Source of the DNA: Agriterribacter sp.
GTDB lineage: Bacteria; Bacteroidota; Bacteroidia; Chitinophagales; Chitinophagaceae
DNA length: 64,000 bases
Reading direction: 5' to 3'
NCBI GenBank assembly: GCA_047601545.1
Contig: JASGIZ010000002.1
Location: 1,838,656 to 1,902,655, forward strand
A program made the position numbers and the translations under genes. A model generated the notes under the pieces. It was not told where the DNA came from. It ran no database searches and saw only the letters and a list, made by a program, of their open reading frames with translations. Each line of letters begins with the position of its first letter. The first letter of the stretch is position 1. Of this stretch, positions 29,850 through 39,911 are shown piece by piece.

Positions 29850-31190
29850 TTACACTACACCCTGCGCCAGCATAGAATCTGCAATCTTTACAAACCCGCC
29901 TATATTCGCCCCTTTTTCATAATTAGTATATCCGTCTTTTTCTTTCCCATACTTCAGGCACATTTTATGAATTTCCTTCATAATGCCTTTCAGTTTACTA
30001 TCTACTTCCTCCCTTGTCCATGAATACCGTTGGGAGTTTTGAGACATCTCTAACCCCGAAACGGCAACGCCGCCTGCGTTTGCTGCTTTGCCCGGGGCAT
30101 AAAAGATCTTTGCTTTATGAAAAACAGCTACAGCCTCAGGAGTGCATGGCATGTTAGCGCCTTCAGCCACACAAATGCATCCATTTTTAATTAAGTGCAT
30201 GGCGTCGTCACCATCTAATTCATTTTGTGTTGCATTGGGTAATGCTATGTCACATTTTATTTTCCATGGCCGTTCCCCGGCAAAAAAATCAGCGTTGTAT
30301 TTTTTTGCGTATTCTTTTATTCTTCCTCTTTCCGTTTCTTTTAAGTGCTTAATATATACAAGCTTGTTTTCATCAATGCCATCCGGATCATAAATGAATC
30401 CTTCCGAATCCGACATGGTTACAACAATGGCGCCTCTCTCAATGCATTTTTCTGCGGCAAATTGGGCCACATTACCCGAACCTGAAATCGCCACTTTTTT
30501 ACCAACCATGGAATCGCCGGTTACTTTCATTATTTCTTCAACAAAATATACCAGTCCATATCCCGTGGCCTCCGGGCGGATAAGGCTGCCACCCCATTCA
30601 TATCCCTTTCCGGTTAATACTCCGGTGAACTCCCCGCGTATACGTTTATACTGACCGAATAAATAACCGATTTCCCTTTTTCCAACGCCTATATCACCTG
30701 CCGGAATATCAATATCTGCACCAACATGCCGATACAACTCTGTCATAAAGCTTTGGCAAAACTTCATCACCTCATTATCGGATCTTCCTTTAGGGTCAAA
30801 ATCAGAACCACCTTTGCCCGCACCCATTGGCAAACCGGTAAGGCTATTTTTAAATACCTGTTCAAAAGCGAGGAATTTTAATACACTAAGATTAACTGAG
30901 GGATGAAAACGGAGACCTCCTTTATATGGCCCGATGCTGCTATTCATTTGTACGCGAAAGCCTCTGTTAACTTCAACTTCACCTTTATCATTGAGCCAGG
31001 GCACCCGGAAAATAATCACTCTTTCCGGCTCTACGATTCTCTCTAATATCCTTGCATTTTTATACTGGGGAGTTTCATAAATATATGGGAGTATCGACTC
31101 TGCTACTTCGGTTACGGCTTGTAAAAACTCATTTTCTCCTGCATTCCTGGCTTTAACCCGTTCGAGAAACTGACTGACAATATCTTTCAT
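29850..31190 (-). CDS. gdhA: NADP-specific glutamate dehydrogenase
   Basis: GPYKGGLRFHP, GKGGSDFDP, PAGDIGVG, RPEATGYG, EGANMP, KAANAGGV. Confidence 0.97.
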   Translation of the reverse strand: MKDIVSQFLERVKARNAGENEFLQAVTEVAESILPYIYETPQYKNARILERIVEPERVIIFRVPWLNDKGEVEVNRGFRVQMNSSIGPYKGGLRFHPSVNLSVLKFLAFEQVFKNSLTGLPMGAGKGGSDFDPKGRSDNEVMKFCQSFMTELYRHVGADIDIPAGDIGVGKREIGYLFGQYKRIRGEFTGVLTGKGYEWGGSLIRPEATGYGLVYFVEEIMKVTGDSMVGKKVAISGSGNVAQFAAEKCIERGAIVVTMSDSEGFIYDPDGIDENKLVYIKHLKETERGRIKEYAKKYNADFFAGERPWKIKCDIALPNATQNELDGDDAMHLIKNGCICVAEGANMPCTPEAVAVFHKAKIFYAPGKAANAGGVAVSGLEMSQNSQRYSWTREEVDSKLKGIMKEIHKMCLKYGKEKDGYTNYEKGANIGGFVKIADSMLAQGVV

Positions 31191-31352
31191 ATGCTAAAAG
31201 CAATCTGTTTAAGGCGATTTAATGTAAGCCTGTAAATAATTAAAAAATATTCAATAATTCTGCGAATATATTTATATTATTTCAACAGTCTGCCTTAATA
31301 TTCATCATTTTTTTCTTTTTTTACAATTAGCTTTAAATATTTACGCACCTGG

Positions 31353-31922
31353 TCATGAAAAATACAGGTTAGCTTCCCTTATCCTTCTTTTCAACAGTAT
31401 AGGTCTGCCGCCGGCATTTTTCCACATCTTAAAGGCATCGGTAATTTTTGGGTCGAATGGGTTTTTGTTTACGAGCTTTAAAACCGTGCTGTTTTTAAAT
31501 GCATTTATACCTATGTTATAAGTAAGGCTTACAAGTGCGTTGAACTGATTTTGATTAATATCATTGCGGGTATTGCTCCATACAGCTTTTTCATAAAACC
31601 CCAGTATGTTTAAAAAAAGAGAAAGCGCCCTGTCTTTAGATATCGGGGGATCGCTCATTTTTACCCTCACGCCATTTTCATAATAAGTATTACCATACCC
31701 GATGGTAGGAATTCCAACTGAATCCAAATATGGCTTTAATATACAACCCTCTTCCCTGCCAATAAACTCAAGCCCGCTTTTGCTGAGATGCTGAATTTCG
31801 GATGTTACCGTTATTGCTCTTACACCACTTAAGGTTACATCTGCCTGCTGTTTTTTCATTTTTTTTGCAGTAGTTTGTTTTTTATTACCGCTTATTGGTT
31901 TCTTTGATTTTGCCATAGCCAT
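31353..31922 (-). CDS. GH24 (phage-type) lysozyme with Lys-rich N-terminal extension
   Basis: EEGCILKPYLDSVGIPTIGYG (E/D/T triad), NQNQFNALVSLTYNIG, RRIREANLY. Confidence 0.9.
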   Translation of the reverse strand: MAMAKSKKPISGNKKQTTAKKMKKQQADVTLSGVRAITVTSEIQHLSKSGLEFIGREEGCILKPYLDSVGIPTIGYGNTYYENGVRVKMSDPPISKDRALSLFLNILGFYEKAVWSNTRNDINQNQFNALVSLTYNIGINAFKNSTVLKLVNKNPFDPKITDAFKMWKNAGGRPILLKRRIREANLYFS

Positions 31923-32209
31923 ATTTTTATGTTAATGAAAATATATGCTTTCCTAACAACAGGCAGTATCATCTATATTAAATGATAAAGACCGGTGCAA
32001 AGAGTGCGGAGTAAGAGGTTTTTTATTATTGGAGTAATTTCCCTGGCGGACAGTGCTTATATGCTACATAACCGTAACTAATGTACTAACAAAAAACTTC
32101 AGGTGCAATGCATTTGCACATGAAATTGAAAATAAATATTACTGCACTAATAAAATAATAACTAACAGCTATCCCTGCGGTTTCTGTTCCTGCATCGGTA
32201 ACAGTAGCA

Positions 32210-33508
32210 TCAAAAGTGATTCAATACCTTCTGCATTTGCGCAACAATACCATCGTTGCTTAAATTGCCGATACTGCCTTCATGAGTATGATGTAATCGC
32301 TTTTTATAGTCAAAATTGAATTTGCCCTGCTCAATATCATTGCCCACCTGGCGGTAAGCGTCACGAAATGAAACGCCCTGGTTTACCAGTTCATTCACCG
32401 CTTCTACACTGAACAGGTATTTGTATTTTTCATCATCCAGTATATTATCCTTAATGCTGATGTTGGAGAGCATCAGTTTTGTCATTTGTATGCAGGCTTT
32501 CAACTCTTCAATAGCGGGAAATAAAATTTCTTTGGTCAACTGCATATCGCGGTGATAACCTGAAGGAAGATTATTAATAAGAAGCGTTAATTCATTAGGT
32601 GTAGATTGTATGCGGTTACATTTACCGCGGATCAGCTCAAATACATCCGGGTTTTTTTTGTGTGGCATAATGCTGCTGCCCGTAGTCAGCTCATTAGGAA
32701 AAGATATAAAACCGAAATTCTGGTTAATGTACAGGCAGGCGTCCATCGCCAGCTTGCTTAATGTGGCTGCCACGCTGCTGATGCCAATCGCTACAATTTT
32801 CTCCGTTTTACCTCTGCTCATCTGGGCGTATACGGAATTATAATTCAATGAACCGAAATGCAATAGTTCAGTGGTTAAAGCTCTGTTGAGTGGAAAAGAA
32901 GAGCCATAACCCGCGCCGCTGCCCAACGGGTTTTTGTTGGCCACATGATATGCGGCAGCAAGCAATTCCATATCATCCGTTAAGCTTTCTGCATATGCAC
33001 CAAACCACAATCCGAAAGATGAAGGCATCGCTATCTGTAGATGTGTATAGCCAGGTAATAATTTATCTTTAAATTTTTCGCCCTGGCTGATGAGCAAATC
33101 GAATAATGCCTTCACCTCATCTTTAATGGACAATACTTCTGCACGGAGATATAATTTTAAATCAACTGCTACCTGGTCGTTCCTGCTTCTGCCGCTATGA
33201 ATTTTTTTACCGGCTTCGCCTATACGTTGCGTTAAGAGATATTCCACCTGCGAATGCACATCTTCAATACCTTCTTCAATAGTAAATTTTGAATCCAGTA
33301 TATCATTTAAAATAGCTTCCAATCCTATTACCGCTTCTGCAGCATCTTTCTCATTCATCAGCCCAACTTCCTTCAGCATTTTTACATGTGCTATAGAACC
33401 CTGCACATCATATTGCGCCAGCAACAGGTCAAATTCTTTGTCTCTGCCTACGGTAAATTTTTCAATCAGTTCGTTTATGGAAGAATTGTCTTTTTGCCAG
33501 AGCTTCAT
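32210..33508 (-). CDS. argH: Argininosuccinate lyase
   Basis: EDVHSQVE, HSGRSRNDQ, LPGYTHLQ, TTGSSIMPHKKNPD. Start chosen at MKLWQK. Confidence 0.96.
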   Translation of the reverse strand: MKLWQKDNSSINELIEKFTVGRDKEFDLLLAQYDVQGSIAHVKMLKEVGLMNEKDAAEAVIGLEAILNDILDSKFTIEEGIEDVHSQVEYLLTQRIGEAGKKIHSGRSRNDQVAVDLKLYLRAEVLSIKDEVKALFDLLISQGEKFKDKLLPGYTHLQIAMPSSFGLWFGAYAESLTDDMELLAAAYHVANKNPLGSGAGYGSSFPLNRALTTELLHFGSLNYNSVYAQMSRGKTEKIVAIGISSVAATLSKLAMDACLYINQNFGFISFPNELTTGSSIMPHKKNPDVFELIRGKCNRIQSTPNELTLLINNLPSGYHRDMQLTKEILFPAIEELKACIQMTKLMLSNISIKDNILDDEKYKYLFSVEAVNELVNQGVSFRDAYRQVGNDIEQGKFNFDYKKRLHHTHEGSIGNLSNDGIVAQMQKVLNHF

Positions 33509-33611
33509 CTGCATTATATTTGTGGCTGCAAGATACAAGTTTAGCGGTAACGTGCCATTGTACTGCTTTTTTACCTGTTATTGCTGTCATCAATTACTAT
33601 ATATTATCAAC

Positions 33612-34793
33612 ATGGATTATTCAGCATACCAAAAAGGAACAAAAGCTATTTGGGCAGGTGAAGACCTGTTTTCTGTGAATGGATCAGCCACCACGCCTGT
33701 TGTAAGCAGTGTAGCTTTTTCTTATAATGATCTCGACAAATGGTACGATGTAGCTACCGGTAATGCAGACGGGTTTATTTACAGCCGCAATACCAACCCA
33801 ACCGTAAGTGTGCTGGAGGAAAAGATACGTCAACTGGAAGGCGGCCAGGCAGCTACTTCCTTTGCTACAGGAATGGCTGCCATCAGCAATACTTTATTTA
33901 CGTTTCTTACACCCGGAAAACGGGTAGTATCACTGAAAGATACTTACGGAGGCACCAGCAAAATTTTTCTTGACTTTCTGCCTCAATATAATGTTGACGT
34001 GAAGCTTTGTGATACAACGGATCATGAGCAGATTGAGGCTGAAATAGCCAAAGGGTGTGACTTGCTTTATCTTGAAACACCAACTAACCCAACACTAAAA
34101 GTGGTTGACATTAAAAGGCTGTCTGATGCGGCTAAAAAGGTGGACGCTATAGTGGTGGTAGATAATACTTTTGCCACGCCTGTTAATCAAAACCCTTTAT
34201 TGCTTGGAGCTGACCTTGTTTTGCATAGCGCTACAAAATTTTTATGCGGGCATTCAGATGCGATGGGTGGGGTGCTTACCGGTAAAAAAGAACTGGTGAA
34301 AAAAGTATTTCAATTCAGGGAAATTAATGGCGCGAGCCTGCAGGCTGATCCTGCATATATGATTGCAAGAGGAATGAAAACACTGGAGTTAAGAATTGAG
34401 CGGCAAAACGCATCTGCGCTTACTATTGCCCGTTATCTTAAAGCACATCCGAAAGTTACCGATGTATTTTACCCGGGTCTGGAAACACATCCCGGACATG
34501 AGATAGCCAAAAAGCAAATGAAAGGATTTGGTGGTATTTTAAGCTTTTCTGTTGATGGCGGTTATGATAATGTAAAGAAAGTATTGCCCGGGCTTAAGCT
34601 GGCGCATCTTGCTGCAAGCCTTGGTTCTGTAAGCACACTTGCCGGCCCTCCACGCACAACAAGCCATGTGGAACTAACGGAAGCACAAAGAAAACTATTA
34701 GGTATTCCCGAAGGATTGATACGATATTCGGTTGGTATTGAAAATGTGGATGATTTATTAGGCGATTTGGAGCGGGCGTTGGGGAAGATATAA
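33612..34793 (+). CDS. Cystathionine gamma-synthase family PLP enzyme
   Basis: YSRNTNPT, FATGMAAI, ETPTNP, VDNTFATP, HSATKFLCGHSD. Start MDYSAY; TATATTTG promoter element at 33515-33522. Confidence 0.92.
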   Translation: MDYSAYQKGTKAIWAGEDLFSVNGSATTPVVSSVAFSYNDLDKWYDVATGNADGFIYSRNTNPTVSVLEEKIRQLEGGQAATSFATGMAAISNTLFTFLTPGKRVVSLKDTYGGTSKIFLDFLPQYNVDVKLCDTTDHEQIEAEIAKGCDLLYLETPTNPTLKVVDIKRLSDAAKKVDAIVVVDNTFATPVNQNPLLLGADLVLHSATKFLCGHSDAMGGVLTGKKELVKKVFQFREINGASLQADPAYMIARGMKTLELRIERQNASALTIARYLKAHPKVTDVFYPGLETHPGHEIAKKQMKGFGGILSFSVDGGYDNVKKVLPGLKLAHLAASLGSVSTLAGPPRTTSHVELTEAQRKLLGIPEGLIRYSVGIENVDDLLGDLERALGKI

Positions 34794-34815
34794 TACAGCC
34801 AAAAACTGCTCCTTC

Positions 34816-35008
34816 AGCCTATCCCTCCTCCTCCCCTTTCCAAAGGAAAGGGAGCGGTGCTGTATCTCTTTAATAAACGCTATATCTTCCATTTCAACTA
34901 TAGAAATTCTATTCTGCAACGTTCAACAGGGTTTTGTTTTTCAGCATCTTCGAAAGGCTGGCCGCTGTGCTTAGGTCTCCTTCCCTTTGGGAAGGCCGGG
35001 ATGGGCTT
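34816..35008. repeat. Inverted doublet of REP-like units
   Basis: Left: C-rich tail plus CTCCCCTTTCC-AAA-GGAAAGGGAG hairpin. Right: CCTTCCC-TTT-GGGAAGG hairpin plus G-rich tail GCCGGGATGGGCT. Confidence 0.75.
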
Positions 35009-35905
35009 CTATCGTACTACCTCCTCATACACCAGCCTGCTCACTTCCGCCAATGCCGCAACGGATTTTTCTTCATCTTCTATTCCTCTCGATAATAATA
35101 CGATCACATATTTTCTTCCATCGGGTAAAAACACAATTCCTGAATCATGCCTCACACCTTTGAATGACCCGGTTTTGTTGGCAACTTTTACATCTGCAGG
35201 AAGTTTGCCACCGATCACCCGTTTAAATTGCTGGTGAAATAAAATATCCAGCATATCATCCACGGATTTTTTATCGGCAACCGTTCCTTTTGCTATACTT
35301 TCCATAACCAGCATTAAATCATAAGCAGTAGTAATATTATTCAGCCCCTGTTCAAAAGCTTTATTATCTTCCACGCCACGGAGTACCTGCATCTTTTTTG
35401 TGCCGAGGCTGCGCATGGTAGCGGTTACATTTTTTGCGCCTACCAGCTCAATAATATTATTGGTGGCAAGATTGCTGCTTACCGTTATCATCCTGAAAAC
35501 AATATCTCTTATCGGTAATTTTTTTCCTACTTGCAGGTAAAGGTCGTGTTCACTGTCATCTGTTGAATCAAGGGAGTATGTGCTGCCGTCAACAATACTT
35601 GAAAATGAATTTTTGACCAGCATGGAATCTGTTACGGAAAATTTACCCTGTGCTGCCTGTTTATATACTTCAATCATTACAGGCGTTTTCATGGTGCTGG
35701 CGGCATGAAAAATATCTTCAGCATTCCAAAAAAACGTTGCTGCTGTATTTAAATTTTTAAATGCCACGCCAAATACAGCTTCAGGATATTGCGCAAATAC
35801 TTCGCCTATCCGTTGCCGTAATTTACTGGTATCGCCCCATTGCCCGGCTGCTGTTGTTGCAGAAATGCTGACCATCAGCAGGAGGCAAAAAATTATTTTT
35901 CTCAT
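35009..35905 (-). CDS. Serine hydrolase, class A beta-lactamase-like, secreted
   Basis: Signal peptide; STMK, SSN, KTG motifs. Confidence 0.88.
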   Translation of the reverse strand: MRKIIFCLLLMVSISATTAAGQWGDTSKLRQRIGEVFAQYPEAVFGVAFKNLNTAATFFWNAEDIFHAASTMKTPVMIEVYKQAAQGKFSVTDSMLVKNSFSSIVDGSTYSLDSTDDSEHDLYLQVGKKLPIRDIVFRMITVSSNLATNNIIELVGAKNVTATMRSLGTKKMQVLRGVEDNKAFEQGLNNITTAYDLMLVMESIAKGTVADKKSVDDMLDILFHQQFKRVIGGKLPADVKVANKTGSFKGVRHDSGIVFLPDGRKYVIVLLSRGIEDEEKSVAALAEVSRLVYEEVVR

Positions 35906-35911
35906 AATACT

Positions 35912-37495
35912 TTATTTATTTTTTACTGGAATCAGCCGTAATGCTGAAAAATCTAAATCAGAATCAGGATCAATGAGCTGCAGTTTTACCTGGTCTATAC
36001 TTAAATCAGGATTTAATGCATAACTTAAATATGCATCAGCTTTAAGATCTTTATTGCGGAAATGTGCGATGAAAATATCCCGGTGAAAATGTTCCACATC
36101 AGCGATCAGCTGTGGATTAAAATCGAATTGAAAGACCATTTTGTCACCGTTTTTGGTAACAGTAAAATCTCCGCATAGCTCATCCCGGAAAGTGCCGGTA
36201 TATTTTTCCAATGGCAGTGATAGCCCGGCATTTGAATTTCTTTTTATCATTTCTTTTTGCTGTGTACCTGCAAGCCTGGCAAGAGAAGAATCAAGCGATT
36301 GCTTATAACCGGCTGTCCAGTCGAAGGGTTTGTTGTTCATATAATAATCCAGCACATGGTATATCACCGACCAGTATGCGCCGGTAGTTTCCTGGTTGGT
36401 TAGTACGCAAATGCCGAGGTTCAGCTCCGGCACCATTGTTACCTGTGATACAAAGCCATCAAGCTTTCCGCCGTGAATGACCAGTTTGTATTTTCCATAG
36501 TTCAGCGCACGGAATCCTAATGCGTAACCATAAAAATTTGCCTGTGCCGGCTTAATGCTTTCGTCTGCTTTATAAATGGGCATCGGCCTGACGATCTTCC
36601 ATAATTCATTTGTTGAAGATGGTTTGAATAAAACCTGTTTATCTATCGTTATTCCTGAGTCAAGCTGGGTGATCAGCCACTTGGCCATATCATTGGCATT
36701 AGACAAAACACCACCTGCAGGGTTACCTGCATCGCCCATCATTTGATCATATACACCTGGAATATCTTTTATTACGCCATTTAACCTGAAATGCGCTGCC
36801 GATATATTGGGTTGGGTTTTGAAAGATGAAATTTTAGACATACTACCGGTCATGCCTACCCTGTTAAAAATTTTTGTTTTGATAAAATCTTCCCATTCCA
36901 TGCCTGAAACTGTATGGATTACTTCTCCGGCTACGAGATAAAAAACATTGTCGTAAGCGTATGTGCTCCTGAAACCATTAACAAAAGGAATATACCTGAT
37001 GCGGCGTATAATTTCCTGCCGGGAATAGTTGGAAGGAGGGAACAACATAAGGTCGCCTGCATAAGCGGGAATACCGCTGTGATGCACCAGCAGATCTCTT
37101 ACGGTAAGATTAGCAGTAATATAAGTATCTGAAGTTTTAAACCAGGGCAGGTAATTAATTACGGGATCATCCCATTTCAATTTTCCTTCTTCGGCCAGTA
37201 TTGCCAGGGCGGTAGCGGTAAATGCTTTTGAGTTAGATGCGATAGCAAATAAAGTATTCGCATCTACCGGCGCCTGTTCTCCGATCTTTTTTACGCCATA
37301 GCCTTTGGCAAGTAAAATTTTGCCGTCTTTTACAATGGCAACGCTCATACCCGGCACCTCAAATGTTTTTAAAGCTTTTGCTATATGTGCATCGAGCCCG
37401 GGTGGCAGCGGACTTCGGTTGTTCTGTGCTGTTATGAACTGTACCAAAAGTAGGAGTAGTGGAACTATTGCTATATGTTTAAATGTTTTTATCAT
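35912..37495 (-). CDS. Serine hydrolase, class C beta-lactamase/CubicO-like with C-terminal DUF3471-like domain, secreted
   Basis: Signal peptide; SNSK, YDN, HGG motifs. Confidence 0.88.
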   Translation of the reverse strand: MIKTFKHIAIVPLLLLLVQFITAQNNRSPLPPGLDAHIAKALKTFEVPGMSVAIVKDGKILLAKGYGVKKIGEQAPVDANTLFAIASNSKAFTATALAILAEEGKLKWDDPVINYLPWFKTSDTYITANLTVRDLLVHHSGIPAYAGDLMLFPPSNYSRQEIIRRIRYIPFVNGFRSTYAYDNVFYLVAGEVIHTVSGMEWEDFIKTKIFNRVGMTGSMSKISSFKTQPNISAAHFRLNGVIKDIPGVYDQMMGDAGNPAGGVLSNANDMAKWLITQLDSGITIDKQVLFKPSSTNELWKIVRPMPIYKADESIKPAQANFYGYALGFRALNYGKYKLVIHGGKLDGFVSQVTMVPELNLGICVLTNQETTGAYWSVIYHVLDYYMNNKPFDWTAGYKQSLDSSLARLAGTQQKEMIKRNSNAGLSLPLEKYTGTFRDELCGDFTVTKNGDKMVFQFDFNPQLIADVEHFHRDIFIAHFRNKDLKADAYLSYALNPDLSIDQVKLQLIDPDSDLDFSALRLIPVKNK

Positions 37496-37524
37496 TATTA
37501 AGATTTATGGTGTAATAGATTTTT

Positions 37525-37612
37525 ACCACATAGGAGCATAAGGAGTATAGGAACACATAGATAAATATTCAATCACACTATGCTCATCTATGTTCCTACT
37601 GCCTCTATGCGT
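37525..37612. repeat. Hairpin array of 9-10-nt CATAG/CTATG units (half copy at 12131-12167)
   Basis: CCACATAGGAGCATAAGGAGTATAGGAACACATAG ... CTATGCTCATCTATGTTCCTACTGCCTCTATGCG. Confidence 0.65.
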
Positions 37613-37624
37613 TTAATTCCGGTA

Positions 37625-39733
37625 TCATTTCTTCCCCTCCAGTTTTCTTATCAAAAACTCCGCAGTTGCTTCATCTACCTTCAACTGGTTAGAAAATTTC
37701 ATCCAGTGATGTGTTTCATCGGGTATTACCAGTGTTTCAAAATCAGTGAACTTTTTCTCTTCAAATCTTCTCACCAGGTCAACACTTTGTTTAAACGGAA
37801 CATTGCCATCATCATCGCCGTGAATAATTAATACAGGAGAAGTCCATGAATCAATATATGCCACAGGAGAGGATTTCCAGCTAAGCTTTCTCGACAGCTC
37901 CGCATCCGGCGCCTGTTCCAGCTTTGTGATTTCAGGGGCAAAAACCATCAGGTTATGCTCCCCGTGAATATCTACACCGGCGGCAAATAGTTTTGAATCT
38001 TTAGCCAGTGCCATAGCGGTAAGAAAGCCGCCATACGATCCGCCATATACACCAATGCGCTTTGCATCAACAAAAGGTTGTGATGCCAGCCATTCCCCTG
38101 CCGCTTTAATATCAAGGTATTCCGATGCACCATTATTCCAGGCACTATCAGGATTTTGAAATTCATAACCATACCCTATGCCTAACCGGTAGTTTACAGA
38201 TAATACAACAAAGCCCCTGCTTACCAGGTATTGATTAAGAGCATAGGTATTAGCGTAATAATCGCCATAATGCCAGCCCAGCAGCATTTGACGCTCCGGT
38301 CCGCCGTGTATAAATACTATTGCCGGTTTTTTGCCAGTTTTATTTGCAGGTTCAAATACCTGTCCGTATACTGTTTTACCATCACCGGCTTTAAAAATTA
38401 CCGGGCGGGGCGTAACAAACTGTGCCGAAGGAAAATCTTTTGGTATCAGCGCTTCGCCAATAAGCCTGGAGCTTTTGCCATTAAATGGCATTACCGCCAG
38501 CGTAGCCGGGCGTTGCGCATTTGCACTGAAAAAAGTAATGGTAGCGCCATCGCCTGTAATTGCAGGAAAGGTTTCAATACCCGTACCCGGTGTTATTATT
38601 TCCATAGCGGCTTTATCAACAGGCACACGGGCAATATGCCGCCGTTCATAATCATATGTATCAGGCCCGGCGTTGGTGCTGAAAACAATCCATTTTTTAT
38701 CAGGGCTGAGCCGTACATGCTCTACTATAAAATTACCTGGTGTAAGCAGGGTTGGTTTTCCGCCTGTGGCAGGAATGGAATACAAATGTGGCCAACCATC
38801 TTCATATGAAGCGTATACAATGCGATTATCCGCAGCCCAGTGCAGGTTATACCTGCCATTGGTTGACGGCACAGAGCCGCGCAGCGTTTCAGGGGCTGTC
38901 CATATCCGTGCAGCCTTTCCCGTTACCACGTCCGCAGTATACAACGACCACGGTTCATGTTTGGGAGCAGTTAACGAATCCGACTTTCCCCCGGCGGCAG
39001 GCCTTCTTACAAAAACAATGCTGTTACCATCGGGAGACCATTTGGGCGACTGGTCGCGGGCAAATGCCGGATCTATCCATTGTATGGGAGAAACGGAATC
39101 CCTGAATATGCCGGTAAATGAATGATCGCCGCGAAAAACAGTAAACAATAGTTTCTTTCCGTCAGGCGACCATTGTAATCCTCCCACGTTGCCTTTTGTA
39201 TAAAATAAATTCTGTGGCGCTTTTGATCCGTCGGTGGCGGCTACACGAACCTGGTTGTTTTTTATGTATACAACTGTTTTACTGTCGGGAGATACAGCAA
39301 TATCATCACCTTCATCAAGCAATATTGCTGCACTACCAGACCAGGCAATACTATACAGTTGTATCCTGGGAGCAACCGGGGCAGAGGAGGAGTTGCGCGG
39401 AATGGTTTCATCAAATGCGCCATGGTCACCACCGAGCGTATATAATATCCTGCTGCCATCAGGCGTAAATGTTATACCGGTAATTTCCTGCCCATTATCT
39501 TCAGTATAATGAGTGAGCTGCCGTAATGTAAAATCCGGGCCTTCCGCCACGTAAATATTTCTCAGGCCTTTTTGATTGATCGCTACAGCAATTTTTGAAT
39601 CGTTGGACGCTGCCGTAAGCTCTGAAGGGAAAGGATAGGAGAGCGCGGACTCCAATGAAAATGACTGGGCATTACTGTTGTTTTGAACAAAACAGGAAAC
39701 AGATACAAACAGTGTGATAATAATACGAAGCAT
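37625..39733 (-). CDS. S9 family peptidase (prolyl oligopeptidase / dipeptidyl aminopeptidase) with TolB-like propeller
   Basis: FIHGGP, GGSYGG nucleophile elbow, HGDDDGNVP, DETHH. Confidence 0.92.
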   Translation of the reverse strand: MLRIIITLFVSVSCFVQNNSNAQSFSLESALSYPFPSELTAASNDSKIAVAINQKGLRNIYVAEGPDFTLRQLTHYTEDNGQEITGITFTPDGSRILYTLGGDHGAFDETIPRNSSSAPVAPRIQLYSIAWSGSAAILLDEGDDIAVSPDSKTVVYIKNNQVRVAATDGSKAPQNLFYTKGNVGGLQWSPDGKKLLFTVFRGDHSFTGIFRDSVSPIQWIDPAFARDQSPKWSPDGNSIVFVRRPAAGGKSDSLTAPKHEPWSLYTADVVTGKAARIWTAPETLRGSVPSTNGRYNLHWAADNRIVYASYEDGWPHLYSIPATGGKPTLLTPGNFIVEHVRLSPDKKWIVFSTNAGPDTYDYERRHIARVPVDKAAMEIITPGTGIETFPAITGDGATITFFSANAQRPATLAVMPFNGKSSRLIGEALIPKDFPSAQFVTPRPVIFKAGDGKTVYGQVFEPANKTGKKPAIVFIHGGPERQMLLGWHYGDYYANTYALNQYLVSRGFVVLSVNYRLGIGYGYEFQNPDSAWNNGASEYLDIKAAGEWLASQPFVDAKRIGVYGGSYGGFLTAMALAKDSKLFAAGVDIHGEHNLMVFAPEITKLEQAPDAELSRKLSWKSSPVAYIDSWTSPVLIIHGDDDGNVPFKQSVDLVRRFEEKKFTDFETLVIPDETHHWMKFSNQLKVDEATAEFLIRKLEGKK

Positions 39734-39831
39734 AAGAATATTTTTTTCGTGAGACGTGAGATGATAAACCTGAGTTTTTTTACGTCTGTCGTTTCACTTT
39801 TCACGCTTAACTTACACTACCTGTGCCGTAA

Positions 39832-39863
39832 AAAAAGCAGCCCTTTGCAGGGCTGGCTTTTTG
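39832..39863. terminator. Intrinsic terminator after susD-like gene
   Basis: AAAAAGCAGCCCT-TTGC-AGGGCTGGCTTTTT. Confidence 0.7.
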
Positions 39864-39911
39864 CATAATAAGCTTATATGTTTGATGAATAAAATCACGA
39901 GGTGGTTTCAT

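Noticed and set aside
31353-31922. Prophage around the lysozyme
   Set aside because: No holin, structural, terminase or integrase genes nearby.
33540-33611. SAM riboswitch before the cystathionine gamma-synthase-like gene
   Set aside because: Leader is short, shared with the divergent argH start, and lacks SAM-I or SAM-II consensus.
35009-37495. True antibiotic-resistance beta-lactamases
   Set aside because: The class A-like protein has SSN and no evident E166 omega-loop motif; context in a peptidase uptake locus favours general serine hydrolases. Activity is untested.
38231-39509. Long opposite-strand and alternate-frame ORFs (e.g. 38231-38809, 38673-39125; also 9628-10365, 59645-60163)
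   Set aside because: They shadow well-supported genes and show no recognisable motifs.
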